Below are positions 61,339 to 64,000 of a stretch of 64,000 bases of DNA, piece by piece (position 1 is the first letter of the stretch; every line of letters starts with the position of its first letter). This DNA comes from an uncultured Rivularia sp. (lineage in GTDB: Bacteria > Cyanobacteriota > Cyanobacteriia > Cyanobacteriales > Nostocaceae). The stretch is taken from contig OY762007.1 in assembly GCA_963665115.1 (NCBI GenBank), forward strand, positions 672,001 through 736,000, read 5' to 3'. Both the position numbers and the translations under genes were made by a program. The notes beneath the pieces were generated by a model. That model was not told the origin of the DNA. It saw nothing but the letters and a program-made list of their open reading frames with translations, and searched no databases.

Positions 61339-64000
61339 ATGACTGAATCAGGAAGCTACAAAAAAACAGTAAATTTACCCAAGACTAAGTTTGATATGCG
61401 GGCAAATGCTACCAAGCGCGAACCCGAAATCCAACAGTTTTGGGCTGAGAATAAAGTCTACGAACGCCTTTCTCAAGAGAATCCTGGCGAATTATTTATA
61501 TTACATGACGGGCCGCCCTACGCAAACGGTTCGCTACATATTGGTCACGCTTTAAACAAAATTCTTAAAGATATTATTAATCGTTACAAAATTTTACAAG
61601 GTCGCAAAATTAGTTATGTACCCGGTTGGGATTGTCACGGTTTGCCGATTGAATTAAAGGTGTTGCAAACCATGAAGTCTTCCGAAAGGCAGGAATTAAC
61701 GCCTTTGAAGTTGCGTAATAAAGCCAAAGATTTTGCTTGGGAAGCTGTCAACGAGCAGCGAGAAAGTTTTAAGAGATATGGTGTTTGGGGTGATTGGGAG
61801 CATCCTTATTTAACTTCCAATCCCCAATACGAAGCCGAACAAATTGCTGTTTTTGGCGATATGTTTTTGAAGGGTTACATCTATCGCGGTTTAAAACCCG
61901 TGCATTGGAGTCCTAGCTCAAAGACTGCTTTGGCTGAAGCTGAATTAGAATATCCGGAGGGACATACTTCACCAAGTATCTACGCTGCTTTCCCGATGAC
62001 TAATTTAGCGGATGCAGTAAAAGATAAATTATCAGAGTTTTTACCAGAGTTAGGTGTAGCAATTTGGACAACAACACCCTGGACAATTCCCGGTAATTTA
62101 GCCGTCGCGGTGAATCCAGCGCTCAATTATGCTGTGGTGGAAGTTGAGAATTTAGACCAAGTTAACTTTAAATATCTGATCGTCGCTGCGGATTTAGCGG
62201 AACGTCTTTCCGAAACATTTGGCGCGAAATTAACTGTTAAAGCGACTTTTAAAGGAAAAGAATTAGAAAATTCTACTTACCGTCATCCCTTATTTGACAG
62301 AGAATCTCCGGTAATTATCGGCGGCGACTACATCACCACAGAATCCGGTACCGGCTTAGTACATACTGCCCCAGGTCACGGTCAAGAAGATTACATCGTC
62401 GGACAAAAGTATAATTTACCAATTCTGGCTCCGGTTGACGCAAACGGTAAGTTTACCGAGGAAGCAGGGAAGTTTGTCGGTTTAAAAGTAGTTGGTGCAA
62501 AAGGAGAAATCAGCGAAGGGAATCAAGCAATTATCGACGCTTTAACGGAAGCTCATTCGCTAATAAAACACGAACCCTACGCGCATAAATATCCTTACGA
62601 TTGGCGTACCAAAAAGCCGACGATTTTTAGAGCTACCGAGCAATGGTTTGCTTCTGTAGAAAAATTTCGCGAAACAGCATTAGAGCAAATCAAATCCGTG
62701 CAGTGGATTCCCGCACAAGGGCAAAACCGGATAACGCCAATGGTTGCCGATCGAAATGATTGGTGTATTTCTCGTCAAAGAAGTTGGGGTGTTCCGATTC
62801 CGGTATTTTACGACGAGGAAACCAACGAGGTGGTTTTGAATGAAGAAACTATCAAGCACGTACAGGCAATAATTGCCGAAAAAGGAACTGACGCTTGGTG
62901 GGAACTGTCCGTAGAAGATTTGATGCCGGAAAAATACCGCAACGACGGCAGAAAGTACCGTAAAGGTATGGATACGATGGATGTATGGTTTGATTCCGGT
63001 TCCTCCTGGGCATCCGTAGTTGAACAGCGTCCGGAATTGCGTTATCCCGCCGACGTATATTTAGAAGGTTCCGACCAGCACAGGGGTTGGTTCCAATCGA
63101 GTTTACTTACCAGCGTCGCCGTTAACGGTGTTGCACCTTATAAAACAGTGTTGACTCACGGTTACACTTTAGACGAGAAAGGATTTAAGCAAAGTAAATC
63201 TTTAGGTAACGTAATTGACCCGAGAATCGTTATTGAAGGTGGTAAAAATCAGAAGCAGGAACCCGCTTATGGTGCCGACGTATTGCGATTGTGGGTTTCA
63301 TCGGTAGACTATACCAACGACGTAGGAATTGGTAAAAATACCTTGAAGCAAATCATGGATATCCGCAACAAGATTCGCAACACATCGCGTTTCTTGTTGG
63401 GTAACTTGCATGATTTTAATCCCCTAACAGATACAATGGCTTACAAAGATTTAGCCGAAATTGATAAATATATGCTGCATCGGATGACAGAAGTGTTTTC
63501 CGAAATCACCAATGCATACGAAACATTTCAATTCTCGCGATTCTTCCAAGCCGTACAGAATTTCTGCATCGTAGACTTATCCAACTTCTATTTAGATGTC
63601 GCCAAAGACAGATTGTACATCAGTAGTTTGGATGGCGATCGCCGTCGTAGCTGTCAAACAGTAATGCAAATCGCGCTAGAGAATTTAACCAAGGCGATCG
63701 CACCAGTCTTGTCTCACATGGCAGAAGACATTTGGCAATATTTACCTTACGAAACTCCCCAGAAATCAGTATTTGAAGCCGGATGGGTACAGTTAGAAGA
63801 TAAATGGAAAAATCCCGACATCGTAAAATTCTGGGAGAAAATCCGTCAAATTCGTAACGATGTAAATAAAGTGTTGGAAGAAGCCAGAATCGATAAAATG
63901 ATTGGCTCCTCCTTAGAAGCGAAAGTATTACTTTACATCAAAGACGAAGAATTGCGAAATGCAGTTAAATCGTTGAATGATAACAGTAATAATAACGTAG
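61339..64000 (+). CDS. ileS: Isoleucine--tRNA ligase (3' end beyond window)
   Basis: Open frame from ATG 61339: YKKTVNLPKT.FDMRA, HDGPPYANGSLHIGH, GWDCHGLPIE, WTTTPWT, GTGLVH.APGHG, DWCISRQRSWGVPIP, EGSDQHRGWF, KQSKS. Confidence 0.97.
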   Translation, partial: MTESGSYKKTVNLPKTKFDMRANATKREPEIQQFWAENKVYERLSQENPGELFILHDGPPYANGSLHIGHALNKILKDIINRYKILQGRKISYVPGWDCHGLPIELKVLQTMKSSERQELTPLKLRNKAKDFAWEAVNEQRESFKRYGVWGDWEHPYLTSNPQYEAEQIAVFGDMFLKGYIYRGLKPVHWSPSSKTALAEAELEYPEGHTSPSIYAAFPMTNLADAVKDKLSEFLPELGVAIWTTTPWTIPGNLAVAVNPALNYAVVEVENLDQVNFKYLIVAADLAERLSETFGAKLTVKATFKGKELENSTYRHPLFDRESPVIIGGDYITTESGTGLVHTAPGHGQEDYIVGQKYNLPILAPVDANGKFTEEAGKFVGLKVVGAKGEISEGNQAIIDALTEAHSLIKHEPYAHKYPYDWRTKKPTIFRATEQWFASVEKFRETALEQIKSVQWIPAQGQNRITPMVADRNDWCISRQRSWGVPIPVFYDEETNEVVLNEETIKHVQAIIAEKGTDAWWELSVEDLMPEKYRNDGRKYRKGMDTMDVWFDSGSSWASVVEQRPELRYPADVYLEGSDQHRGWFQSSLLTSVAVNGVAPYKTVLTHGYTLDEKGFKQSKSLGNVIDPRIVIEGGKNQKQEPAYGADVLRLWVSSVDYTNDVGIGKNTLKQIMDIRNKIRNTSRFLLGNLHDFNPLTDTMAYKDLAEIDKYMLHRMTEVFSEITNAYETFQFSRFFQAVQNFCIVDLSNFYLDVAKDRLYISSLDGDRRRSCQTVMQIALENLTKAIAPVLSHMAEDIWQYLPYETPQKSVFEAGWVQLEDKWKNPDIVKFWEKIRQIRNDVNKVLEEARIDKMIGSSLEAKVLLYIKDEELRNAVKSLNDNSNNNV

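Overview
AT-rich chromosomal DNA of a filamentous, probably Nostocales, cyanobacterium. Evidence: many HIP1 GCGATCGC octamers, heptameric STRR tracts and pxcA. Housekeeping genes (miaB, ddl, pxcA, acyP, partial ileS) alternate with accessory blocks. (1) An island between miaB and ddl holds a decayed DUF2281/MazF-like toxin-antitoxin pair, a membrane-anchored nSTAND1 NLR-like protein with near-identical ~40-aa repeats, a Phd/VapC pair and a CHAT (caspase-like) protease. The NLR N-terminus and the CHAT protein share a matching 'DNRS...G.......I.TGD.N.A' motif, one copy in the NLR and two in the protease. This suggests an NLR-amyloid-caspase signalling or defence module and is the best candidate for a new system. 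(2) Two hybrid histidine kinases, one about 2,600 aa. (3) A general-stress cluster (group 2 sigma factor, Dps, TspO, MscS, CsbD/LEA-like proteins) interrupted by an IS630 sandwiched between two of its own MITEs, and bordered by an IS605 (TnpA + TnpB with rearranged RuvC). (4) A COP23-trypsin-(trypsin-TPR)x4 operon with an A-B-A-B duplication pattern. Nested MITE/REP/24-bp elements are frequent, several in frame inside genes, and there are two candidate small RNAs. Six genes are split by single extra bases in short homopolymers, most likely assembly errors. No CRISPR array, tRNA or rRNA was seen. All family assignments come from motif recognition by eye, not database searches.
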